A stretch of DNA of 60,495 nt, counting the filler. It is 4 parts of 4 records of this genome, joined end to end, with 100 filler letters (N's around TTAATTAATTAA, not from the genome) between each part and the next. Parts side by side here need not be neighbours in the genome. Positions count along the whole stretch, not along the records: positions 9,531 to 39,135 come from SRR2962707_696; 3 more parts are not named here. One strand, given 5' to 3'. A program made the position numbers and the translations under genes. Every line of letters starts with the position of its first letter. Within the stretch, counting starts at the first letter, position 1. Shown piece by piece: positions 18,490 to 27,640 of the stretch. The notes under the pieces are model-generated. The model did not search any database and was not told the DNA's origin. It saw only the letters and a list, made by a program, of their open reading frames with translations.

Positions 18490-20088
18490 ATGAAAAAAGT
18501 ATTAATCATAATTTCAATAGTATCATTCACTGCTTGCACAGACCTTGATTTGGAGCCGAAAAATGGACTGGTGGAATCAGTGGCATTTGAAGATTACTCA
18601 GGATATGAAGCATACATTGCAAAAATTTATGCCTCCTTGACATTAACGGGACAGCAAGGTGCTGCGGGGCAACCAGACCTTACCATTATAAATGACGAGG
18701 GATTTTCAAGTTATTTAAGGGTTTGGTGGAAAGCACAAGAACTAACCACAGACGAAGCAATTATAGCTTGGAATGATTCAGGTATCAGGGATCTTCACAA
18801 TCATGCATGGGGTGCGGACAATCAATTTGTGAGAGTTCTCTATTACCGTATTTTTTATACCATTTCACTGACCAATGATTTCTTAAGAGTAGCAAGTGAA
18901 TTGCCTGATAATCTTACAAATGATGAACAATCAAAAATCAATGAATTCATTGCAGAAGCAAGGTTTATTAGAGCATTTTCTTACTGGCATGCGTTAGACC
19001 ACTTTAGAAATATCCCACTAATCACGTCAATTACTGCAGAGCTCCCCACTCAAGTGGAGCCTCAAGTGATTTTTGATTTCATTGAAACAGAGCTAAATGA
19101 GATTGAAAATGAGTTAATACCTCCTGGTCAAGCAAATCATGACTATGGTAGAGTAGATAGAGCAGCCGCTTGGATGTTAAAAGCAAAATTGTACCTAAAT
19201 GCAGAAGTATATATCGGAGAAAGCAGGTATGATGATGTAATTACTGAGGTGAGTAAGGTAATTGGTGAAAGCTATACTTTGGCTGACAACTATCAGGAGC
19301 TTTTTATGGGTGATAATCATCTCAGAACAGACGAAATCATCTGGCCTATTGTTCATGATGGACTTGTATCGCAAACATGGGGTGGAACTACTACCATAAT
19401 TAGAGGTGCTATAGGAGGAGCAATGTCTGATGATGATGGTGAGGCAGAAGCCAATTACGGAGTTCCATCTGGATGGGGAGGTTATCGCACCACAAGTTCA
19501 TTCGTAGAACTTTTTCCAGGTGCCTCTTCCGATCCCAATGGCAACAGTGTAGATGGAAGAGCTATATTCTTCACGGAAGAACAATCACTTGACATTCAAG
19601 ATGTAGGTGAATTTACCGACGGATGGGCTGTTCCCAAATACACCAATATTGAAGCCACTACCGGGCAAAGAGCCCCTGGTGTTGATCAGGTAAGCACGGA
19701 TTATCCTGTATTTAGGCTGGCAGAAGCATACTTGATGTTGGCAGAAGCTGAAATACAAGAAAATGGAAATATCTCCGGAACAACACTTGGCTACCTGAAT
19801 CAATTACGTTTTAGAGCTTATGGAGATAATAGTGGAGATGTAACAATCGGACAAGTAGACCTTGATTGGATTCTGGATGAACGAGGAAGAGAACTTTATC
19901 TGGAAGCGACTAGAAGAACGGACTTGGTACGTCATAATAAATTTACAGGAAGCGATTACATCTGGCCTTGGAAAGGAGGAGTAGAGGAGGGAACAACCAC
20001 ACCGGCTCATCTGGATATCTTCCCAATTCCATCATCAGAACTTATTGCAAATCCTCGATTAGAGCAAAACGACGGATACGGTAATTAA
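18490..20088 (+). CDS. susD: SusD/RagB glycan-binding lipoprotein
   Basis: Lipobox FTAC; FRLAEAYLMLAEA, LDERGRELYLEATRRTDLVR and LEQNDGY motifs. Confidence 0.96.
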   Translation: MKKVLIIISIVSFTACTDLDLEPKNGLVESVAFEDYSGYEAYIAKIYASLTLTGQQGAAGQPDLTIINDEGFSSYLRVWWKAQELTTDEAIIAWNDSGIRDLHNHAWGADNQFVRVLYYRIFYTISLTNDFLRVASELPDNLTNDEQSKINEFIAEARFIRAFSYWHALDHFRNIPLITSITAELPTQVEPQVIFDFIETELNEIENELIPPGQANHDYGRVDRAAAWMLKAKLYLNAEVYIGESRYDDVITEVSKVIGESYTLADNYQELFMGDNHLRTDEIIWPIVHDGLVSQTWGGTTTIIRGAIGGAMSDDDGEAEANYGVPSGWGGYRTTSSFVELFPGASSDPNGNSVDGRAIFFTEEQSLDIQDVGEFTDGWAVPKYTNIEATTGQRAPGVDQVSTDYPVFRLAEAYLMLAEAEIQENGNISGTTLGYLNQLRFRAYGDNSGDVTIGQVDLDWILDERGRELYLEATRRTDLVRHNKFTGSDYIWPWKGGVEEGTTTPAHLDIFPIPSSELIANPRLEQNDGYGN

Positions 20089-20110
20089 TCGAAATAATTG
20101 ATTGGATTTT

Positions 20111-20138
20111 AAGCGACCTTCGGTGGGTCGCTTTTTTT
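20111..20138 (+). terminator. Rho-independent terminator
   Basis: AAGCGACCT-tcggt-GGGTCGCTTTTTTT. Confidence 0.85.
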
Positions 20139-20151
20139 ATCCCCCAGCATT

Positions 20152-21999
20152 ATGAAAAATACTAGCATCGCTGCATTCCTTATTTTATCATTCTTTGGGT
20201 ATTCCCAAACGATCGATCACATCGATCCTCCATTCTGGTGGACTGATATGCCTACCAATGAACTTCAAATCATGCTGCATGGAGAAGGCATTGGAACATA
20301 TAATCCCGAAATTGACTATGATGGTGTGGAATTAGTCTCAGAAAGCGATCTACCAAATCCCAATTATCTGGTATTAAATCTCAAAATAAAGGAAAGTACA
20401 AAATCCGGCTCCTTTCAAATCAAGCTGAAAGAAGGAAAAATAACCAAAAAACAAATCTCTTACGAACTAAAAGAACGAAGCAACGATACTAATCGAAACC
20501 TTGGTTTTGATGCGAGAGACGTTATTTACCTGCTCATGCCAGACCGATTTGCTAATGGCAATCCGGAAAATGACAATATACCCGGAATGCTGGAACAAGT
20601 AGACCGAACAAACCCTGATGCACGCCACGGTGGGGACATCAAGGGGGTTAGTGATCATCTTGACTACATCAAGGAAATCGGCATGACCGCTGTTTGGCTC
20701 ACTCCCACTTTTGAAAATGATATGAAACCAGCGTATGGCGCCTATCATGGCTATGCTGCAACCGATTTGTACAAAATAGACCGCAGGTTTGGGTCGAATG
20801 AAACGTTCAGGTCTTTTGTCGATAAATGCCACGGCATGGGGCTCAAAGTGATCATGGATATGATACACAATCATGTCGGAGATCAGCACTGGTGGCTAAA
20901 AGACCTGCCTTCAAATGATTGGTTTCATGATATTGAGGAATATGGTACAACCAATTTCCGCGGTGAAGTACAATCCGATCCTTACGCCTCCAAATATGAT
21001 TCAGATAAACTGATCAAAGGATGGTTTGTTCCGGAGCTTGCTGATCTTAATCAACGCAACCCTGTCTTAGCCAAGTACCTCATTCAAAATTCCATCTGGT
21101 GGATCGAGTATTCAGGCGTAGACGGTATTCGAATGGACACTTATGTATATCCGTACAAAGAGTACCTGACTCAATGGGTATCAGAGGTACTCAACTCCTA
21201 CCCAGATTTTAATGTCGTCGGCGAGTCATGGGTCAATCAGGTAGCACATGAATCTTACTGGCAAACAGGTGCTCCGGGCACCAATGGATATGACTCCAAA
21301 TTACCAAGCGTTACTGACTTCCAGGTTACGTTCTCCGTGGATAAAGCACTTACAGAAGAGTTTGGTTGGGATACTGGCCTGAGAAGATTGTACTATACCC
21401 TTTCACAGGATAGATTATATGCGGATCCAATGAAGAATGTTATTTTTCTAGACAATCATGACCTGGAACGTTTTTCGGATCGGGTAAACAATGATTTTGA
21501 TCTGTTTAAAATGGGATATGCCTACTTGATGACAATGCGCGGTATTCCGCAGGTTTATTACGGCACAGAATTAATGCTTGGCAACTCAACAGCAGGAAGT
21601 TGGGCTAAACAGCGTGCTGACATGATGGGCGGATGGGATGGTGACGAGCGGTCTGTTTTCACAAAAGAAGAACGCACAGCAGAAGAACAGGAGGCTTTTG
21701 CTTATGTAAAAAAGATCACGAATTGGAGAAAAAAATCAATAGCAATCCACCAGGGAAAACTCATCCATTTCATACCGGAAGATAATACTTATGTGTACTT
21801 CAGATACACAGACAATGAAGCTGTGATGGTAGTCATGAATCGCAACGAGGAATATAAGACCATTGTTAGCAATCGTTTTTCAGAAATTTTGGATAACTAC
21901 GATTCAGGAATCAATATCATAAACGGATCTTCTATCAACGTAAAAGCAGATTTTGAAGTGGGCCCTAAACAGACTGCAGTGTTTGAATTAAAACGCTAG
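20152..21999 (+). CDS. GH13 cyclomaltodextrinase/neopullulanase (SusA-like)
   Basis: IDPPFWW N-domain, YLLMPDRFANG, DGIRMDTYVY, FLDNHD motifs. Confidence 0.92.
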   Translation: MKNTSIAAFLILSFFGYSQTIDHIDPPFWWTDMPTNELQIMLHGEGIGTYNPEIDYDGVELVSESDLPNPNYLVLNLKIKESTKSGSFQIKLKEGKITKKQISYELKERSNDTNRNLGFDARDVIYLLMPDRFANGNPENDNIPGMLEQVDRTNPDARHGGDIKGVSDHLDYIKEIGMTAVWLTPTFENDMKPAYGAYHGYAATDLYKIDRRFGSNETFRSFVDKCHGMGLKVIMDMIHNHVGDQHWWLKDLPSNDWFHDIEEYGTTNFRGEVQSDPYASKYDSDKLIKGWFVPELADLNQRNPVLAKYLIQNSIWWIEYSGVDGIRMDTYVYPYKEYLTQWVSEVLNSYPDFNVVGESWVNQVAHESYWQTGAPGTNGYDSKLPSVTDFQVTFSVDKALTEEFGWDTGLRRLYYTLSQDRLYADPMKNVIFLDNHDLERFSDRVNNDFDLFKMGYAYLMTMRGIPQVYYGTELMLGNSTAGSWAKQRADMMGGWDGDERSVFTKEERTAEEQEAFAYVKKITNWRKKSIAIHQGKLIHFIPEDNTYVYFRYTDNEAVMVVMNRNEEYKTIVSNRFSEILDNYDSGINIINGSSINVKADFEVGPKQTAVFELKR

Positions 22000-22048
22000 T
22001 CGCACATTGTTGATCAATCTATATTAAAAGCGTTGCAAATCCCTCTAC

Positions 22049-22062
22049 CGCAAACGTTTACG
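22049..22062. promoter_or_regulatory. LacI-family operator CGCAAACGTTTACG
   Basis: Palindrome upstream of the second amylase. Confidence 0.75.
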
Positions 22063-22173
22063 TATTAGATGAAATATAAAAATCACTGATTATCAGCTAT
22101 TTAACTTGATTTTTTCATGAAAATCATAGCATTAATATTTATCTTAAAAAGATAAACAACTTTTTAAAATGTT

Positions 22174-23604
22174 ATGAGAAGACTCACTAAAGTCCTACTA
22201 GGAACGGGACTTATTATGTTCCTATTTAGCTGTGATGATGATCAAGGAATCAACGACCTGGATCAGGTAGAAAAAGCCACTGAAATCATCCAGGTCACGA
22301 CGCACGATGGCAAACCATTTAGCACACAACCCGAAGGAAAAAAAGGAAGGTTTACACCCGGACCCGGTGGCGGTGTAATGATGCAGGGATTTTATTGGGA
22401 TGTGCCTGCCGGGGGCACCTGGTGGAATACGGTAAAAGGAAAGCTAAGCGCTTGGTCCAATGCTGGAATTCAGTCCGTTTGGTTGCCACCTGTATCTAAA
22501 GCTCAAAATGGCCCGTACTCTATGGGATATGACCCTACGGACTACTTTGACTTTGGAGATTACAACCAAAACGGAACAGTAGAAACACGATTTGGATCAA
22601 AGTCGGAATTGCTATCCTTAATCAGCACCGCTCATTCAGAAAACATGGAGGTGTATGCTGATATTGTACTGAACCACAATAGTGGCGGTCAACTGGAAGC
22701 AAATCAATACACCGGAACGAATACATGGACAGATTTTAGTGGTGTGGCTTCAGGCAAATTTCTACGTTCACAACACGACTTTCATCCCAACTGGGTGCAT
22801 GGCAATGATGCCGGTGCATTTGGTGGATTCCCAGACCTCTGCCATGATGTACCTTATGTACAAGACTGGCTTTGGAACCGCCCCGACGGAGTGGCAAAGT
22901 ATTATAAAAACACCATAGGATTCGATGGTTGGAGATTTGACTATGTGAAAGGATTTGAACCATGGGTAGTGGCCGCCTGGAATAATGCTGTAGGAGGATT
23001 TTCTGTAGGTGAGCTTTGGGATTCCGATGTAAACTGGCTGGAATCGTGGGCCAATAATGCGAACAGCAGCGTTTTTGATTTCGCTTGCTACTATAAAATG
23101 AATGATGCCTTTGATGGTAACAACCTTAACATTCTCAATGATGACATGATGTGGAAACGTAATCCGTATAAGGCGGTAACGTTTGTAACCAACCATGACA
23201 CAGATGAGATTTGGAATAAGATGCTGGCTTATGCGTATATCTTAACTCATGAGGGCTATCCTACCATATTCTATCGGGACTATGAAGAATGGCTGGATAA
23301 GAATAAACTCAACAACCTGATTTGGATTCACAATAACAAAGCAACTGGGAACACGAGTATCCTGCATGTAGATAATGACGAATATGTGGCGCGAAGGAAT
23401 GGATACAATGGCAACCCTGGTCTGATTGTCTACATCAATAACTCTAGTTCATGGAAAACGAGATGGGTGCCAACCAACTGGTACAGCACTCAGATCAAAG
23501 ATTTCACAGGGCATTCTTCCTGGTATCCTACCACGCAGAGCGGCGGATGGGTGCAAATCCAATGTCCACCAAACAGCTACAGTATTTGGTCTCCGAATAT
23601 CTAG
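22174..23604 (+). CDS. Lipoprotein alpha-amylase, GH13_7-like
   Basis: Lipobox LFSC; GGVMMQGFYWDVP, SMGYDP.DYFD.G, DGWRFDYVKG, FVTNHDTD motifs. Confidence 0.92.
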   Translation: MRRLTKVLLGTGLIMFLFSCDDDQGINDLDQVEKATEIIQVTTHDGKPFSTQPEGKKGRFTPGPGGGVMMQGFYWDVPAGGTWWNTVKGKLSAWSNAGIQSVWLPPVSKAQNGPYSMGYDPTDYFDFGDYNQNGTVETRFGSKSELLSLISTAHSENMEVYADIVLNHNSGGQLEANQYTGTNTWTDFSGVASGKFLRSQHDFHPNWVHGNDAGAFGGFPDLCHDVPYVQDWLWNRPDGVAKYYKNTIGFDGWRFDYVKGFEPWVVAAWNNAVGGFSVGELWDSDVNWLESWANNANSSVFDFACYYKMNDAFDGNNLNILNDDMMWKRNPYKAVTFVTNHDTDEIWNKMLAYAYILTHEGYPTIFYRDYEEWLDKNKLNNLIWIHNNKATGNTSILHVDNDEYVARRNGYNGNPGLIVYINNSSSWKTRWVPTNWYSTQIKDFTGHSSWYPTTQSGGWVQIQCPPNSYSIWSPNI

Positions 23605-23625
23605 ACATTCAAGCATCCCTAAAGT

Positions 23626-23659
23626 AAAAAGGCAGGCCAAACTCAGGTCTGCCTTTTTT
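23626..23659 (+). terminator. Rho-independent terminator ending the PUL
   Basis: AAAAAGGCAGGCC-loop-GGTCTGCCTTTTTT. Confidence 0.85.
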
Positions 23660-23736
23660 CTAACCCGTTCATGTAACTTTTCTCCTATCCCCAGATATTT
23701 TAAGATATCTTCAAGCTCTAATCTAATTTTACTTCA

Positions 23737-26700
23737 ATGCGAAATTTACTATTAACCCTACTTGTTCTCGGGGGTACTTTCCTCTTTGCGCAAGACGAAA
23801 AAAAATCTGAATCTGACTCCACAAAAGAAAAGAAAGCAACGAAAGAGCTTCCGCTTGAACCTGAACGATCCCTTCGCTTAAAAACGACTGAAGGCACATG
23901 GATCTCATTGGACGTTCATCCTAACGGACAGGAAATCATCTTCGATATGATGGGTGACCTTTATACGCTTCCAATCACCGGAGGAAAAGCTAAACGCATC
24001 ACCGAAGGAATGGCCTTTGATGATCATCCGCGCTATAGCCCCGATGGAAATTCAATTGTATTCTCCTCAGATAGAAGTGGTTCTGAAAATATATGGACCC
24101 TGGATTTGACGGATGAGGAAGCCGAGCCTAATCAGATAACTAAAGACTCAGACAAGTACTATCAGGCTGCCGAATGGTCCAATGATGGTAAATACATTTT
24201 TGCAGCAAAAGGCATTCGAACATTGAAAATGCACATGTACCACAAAGACGGTGGTGGCGGTATCCAAATCATCAAAGAGCCGGATGGACTGCAGACCATA
24301 GAACCGGCATTTGGTAATGATGACCGATTCCTATGGTTCTCACGAAGAAATGGTGCTTGGAATTACAATGCACAGATGCCTCAATATCAAATCGCTACCT
24401 ATGACCGAGAAACCGGTGAAATAGCGACACAAACCAATCAATACGGTTCTGCATTCGCCCCCACCCTATCCTCAGATGGCAAGTGGTTGGTGTATGCATC
24501 ACGCTACAATACCGAAACAGGACTTAGAAAAAGAAACCTGCAAACCGGAGAAGAAAGCTGGCTCGCATATCCGGTTCGAAGAGATGACCAGGAATCCAGA
24601 GCCAGACTGGGTGTGTACCCGGCCATGTCATTTACTCCTGATAACCAAGCTGTGATTGCTTCATACGGAGGCAAAATCTGGCGCATCCCTATCAATGGTG
24701 GTCAAGCAACTGAAATTCCATTTGAAGTAGATGAAGAGCTAGACTTTGGGCCAAGAGTCAAATTTGACTATCCAATTTATGATAGTGCCAAAATGATTGC
24801 CAATCAGATCCGTGATGCACAGCGATCACCAGACGGATCCAAAATCGCTTTTACAGTTTTGAACAGACTGTATGTGATGGATTACCCAAATGGCACACCA
24901 AAGCGTGTAACCAAAAACGATTTTACAGAGGCCATGCCTACCTGGTCACCGGATGGATCCATGATCGCATTCTCTACCTGGGAAGGAGACAAAGGATACA
25001 TCTACAAGGTAAGAGCCTCCGGTGGTAGACAAACGAAGCTTACCAATCAAAGTGGAGTGTATACCAGCCTGGCATGGGATAAAAAGTCCAATCGAATTGC
25101 TTTCTTATACGGCACATCCAAAGCATATGAGGATGCCATTGGTCCGTTTGCATTCCGTGCGCAGGAGAACATTGGCTGGATTAGTGCAGATGGTGGAAAC
25201 GTAAACAAGATCAAAGCAGCCAGTGGCAGAGACTTACCTCACTTCATTGAAAGTGATAATCGCGTTTATATGTATCACGGTGGCAAAGGGTTGATCTCCA
25301 TGCGTTGGGATGGTACCGATGAAAAAGAGCATCTAAAAGTTTCCGGAATCATGACTTACCCTGCGCTGATCCATGATCACGGTATGCTCATGAATGGTGG
25401 ACCCACTGAGCCACAACGTAAACCAAGTAATGCAGAATACATCTTAATGGCTCCACGAGGTGATAAAGCATTGGCAAAAATCAACAATGATGTATATGTG
25501 GTAACTGTGCCTCCAATAGGTGCCGAAACTGTTTCAATCTCGGTATCTAGTCCTGACAATGCGGCTTTCCCAAGCTGGAAGCTCACCACTTTCGGTGGAG
25601 AATTTGCTCATTGGAACAGCGACGGTAATATGGTGAACTTCTCACTTGGCAATGCTTATTTCGCTTATGATCTGGAAGAGGCGAAGCGAGTAAATAAAGA
25701 ACTGGAAGAGAAGAAGAAAAAAGAGGCAGAAGAGAAAAAGAAGAAGAAGGAAGAATCGAAAGAGGGAGAAGGTGAAGATGGTGAGGAAGATGAGGAGAAC
25801 TCTTCAGATGAAAACAAAGAAGGCGATGATGGAGAAAACAGCGATGACGAGGAAGAGGACGAAGGCTACAAGCCAAATGAAATACGCATAAAAGTAGAAG
25901 TTGAAAAGGATGTTCCAGTGGGAACTGTACTTCTTAAAGGCGCTCGCATCATTACTATGAATGGTGATGAGGTAATTGAGAATGGAGATATCCTGATCGA
26001 GAATGCTCGCATCAAGGCTGTTGGAGCTTCAGGTTCTATTGATGCCGGAAATGCACAAGTGATGGACATGAGTGGAAAAACCATCACTCCGGGTTTTGTA
26101 GACACGCACGCACACATGTGGCCAAATTGGGGACTACACAAAAACCAGGTGTGGGTGTATGCAGCTAATCTAGCCTATGGCGTGACCACTACACGTGATC
26201 CTCAAACGGCAACTACCGATGTACTTACCTATTCAGACATGGTGGAGACCGGGGATATTCTGGGACCCAGAGTATACTCAACCGGACCGGGTGTAGGATT
26301 CTGGTACTACAATATTAAGAGTCTGGAGCACGCGCAAAATGTACTTAAGCAATACTCAGCGTATTTCAATACCAAAACGATTAAGATGTACATCACGGGT
26401 AATCGTCAACACCGACAGTGGATCATCCAGGCAGCCAAAGAACAGAAGCTGATGCCCACCACAGAAGGTGCGTTGGATATGAAGCTTAACATGACCCAGT
26501 TGATCGATGGATACCCCGGGCATGAACACTCATACCCGATCTACCCAATCTATAACGATGTACTTTCATTGACGGCTGAAGCACAAATGGCTTACACCCC
26601 TACCCTTTTGGTATCTTACGGAGGACCGTGGGCGGAGGAGTACTACTACTCAACAGAAGACGTACAGGGAGATGCAAAAATCAATTTCTTTACTCCTAAG

Positions 26701-27177
26701 CAAGAATTGGATGAGAAGTCACGCAGAAGAGGAGCTTGGTTCATAGAAGAAGAACACATCTTTCCTCGCCACAGTGAGTTTGTAGGTGATCTGGTGAAAG
26801 CAGGAGGTATTGCCGGGGTTGGCTCTCACGGACAATTGCAAGGACTGGGCTACCACTGGGAACTATGGGCTACACAGTCTGGGGGCATGCCGGAGCTTGA
26901 TGCATTAAAGGTTGCTACCATTCTGGGTGCAAAAGCCATTGGACTTAGTAAGGATCTTGGCTCCATTGAAGCAGGGAAGCTTGCTGACCTGGTCATTATG
27001 GATAAGAACCCACTGGAGAACATCCGAAACTCCAATACCATCACACATGTAATGAAAAACGGTAGGCTTTATGACGGAAACACACTTGACGAGGTGTATC
27101 CTCGTCAAAAGAAAGCACCGGACTTCTACTGGGTAAAAGAAGGACCCGATACCATGAATTTGCCGGGAGAAGAGTAG
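23737..27177 (+). CDS. Secreted amidohydrolase with N-terminal TolB/PD40-like beta-propellers
   Basis: Repeated (W/Y)SPDG motifs; PGFVDTHAH; GSIEAGKLADLVI; signal peptide. Confidence 0.9.
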   Translation: MRNLLLTLLVLGGTFLFAQDEKKSESDSTKEKKATKELPLEPERSLRLKTTEGTWISLDVHPNGQEIIFDMMGDLYTLPITGGKAKRITEGMAFDDHPRYSPDGNSIVFSSDRSGSENIWTLDLTDEEAEPNQITKDSDKYYQAAEWSNDGKYIFAAKGIRTLKMHMYHKDGGGGIQIIKEPDGLQTIEPAFGNDDRFLWFSRRNGAWNYNAQMPQYQIATYDRETGEIATQTNQYGSAFAPTLSSDGKWLVYASRYNTETGLRKRNLQTGEESWLAYPVRRDDQESRARLGVYPAMSFTPDNQAVIASYGGKIWRIPINGGQATEIPFEVDEELDFGPRVKFDYPIYDSAKMIANQIRDAQRSPDGSKIAFTVLNRLYVMDYPNGTPKRVTKNDFTEAMPTWSPDGSMIAFSTWEGDKGYIYKVRASGGRQTKLTNQSGVYTSLAWDKKSNRIAFLYGTSKAYEDAIGPFAFRAQENIGWISADGGNVNKIKAASGRDLPHFIESDNRVYMYHGGKGLISMRWDGTDEKEHLKVSGIMTYPALIHDHGMLMNGGPTEPQRKPSNAEYILMAPRGDKALAKINNDVYVVTVPPIGAETVSISVSSPDNAAFPSWKLTTFGGEFAHWNSDGNMVNFSLGNAYFAYDLEEAKRVNKELEEKKKKEAEEKKKKKEESKEGEGEDGEEDEENSSDENKEGDDGENSDDEEEDEGYKPNEIRIKVEVEKDVPVGTVLLKGARIITMNGDEVIENGDILIENARIKAVGASGSIDAGNAQVMDMSGKTITPGFVDTHAHMWPNWGLHKNQVWVYAANLAYGVTTTRDPQTATTDVLTYSDMVETGDILGPRVYSTGPGVGFWYYNIKSLEHAQNVLKQYSAYFNTKTIKMYITGNRQHRQWIIQAAKEQKLMPTTEGALDMKLNMTQLIDGYPGHEHSYPIYPIYNDVLSLTAEAQMAYTPTLLVSYGGPWAEEYYYSTEDVQGDAKINFFTPKQELDEKSRRRGAWFIEEEHIFPRHSEFVGDLVKAGGIAGVGSHGQLQGLGYHWELWATQSGGMPELDALKVATILGAKAIGLSKDLGSIEAGKLADLVIMDKNPLENIRNSNTITHVMKNGRLYDGNTLDEVYPRQKKAPDFYWVKEGPDTMNLPGEE

Positions 27178-27211
27178 TATCTAATGGATTTTTGAGACCT
27201 TCCAAAATTAT

Positions 27212-27238
27212 AGCCGGACCAGTTGGTTCGGCTTTTTT
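27212..27238 (+). terminator. Rho-independent terminator
   Basis: AGCCGGACC-agtt-GGTTCGGCTTTTTT. Confidence 0.8.
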
Positions 27239-27306
27239 ATACATAAAAACATATTTCTTAAACAAAGTATATACAAATGCGTATAACTTTGACAAAATAT
27301 ATAGTA

Positions 27307-27639
27307 ATGAAAAAAGAATACCTGGGTGAATTTGAAGAACTGGTGCTGACAATGGTGGCTTTGCTGGGAGAAAATGCCTATGGAAATGCAATTGTAGATG
27401 AAATCAGTGAAAAGATCGGGCGAGAGGTAAACCTAAGTGCTGTACATGTTACCCTCTACCGGATGGAAGACAAGGGCTATGTTACCTCAGAGATGGGGGG
27501 CACTTCCAACATGCGTGGAGGAAGAAGAAAGCGGATATTCACAGTGACGAATGTTGGCCTGGAAATGCTTCAATCACTGAAAGAGCAACGCCAGCAATTA
27601 TGGTCGTTGATTCCTGACCTGAAGTTCACCTCTATTTAG
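27307..27639 (+). CDS. PadR-family transcriptional regulator
   Basis: MKKEYLGEFEELVL...AYG...AVHVTLYRMEDKG...RGGRRKRIF; start moved to ATG 27307; TAACTTTG -7 element at 27284-27291. Confidence 0.92.
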   Translation: MKKEYLGEFEELVLTMVALLGENAYGNAIVDEISEKIGREVNLSAVHVTLYRMEDKGYVTSEMGGTSNMRGGRRKRIFTVTNVGLEMLQSLKEQRQQLWSLIPDLKFTSI

Positions 27640-27640
27640 C

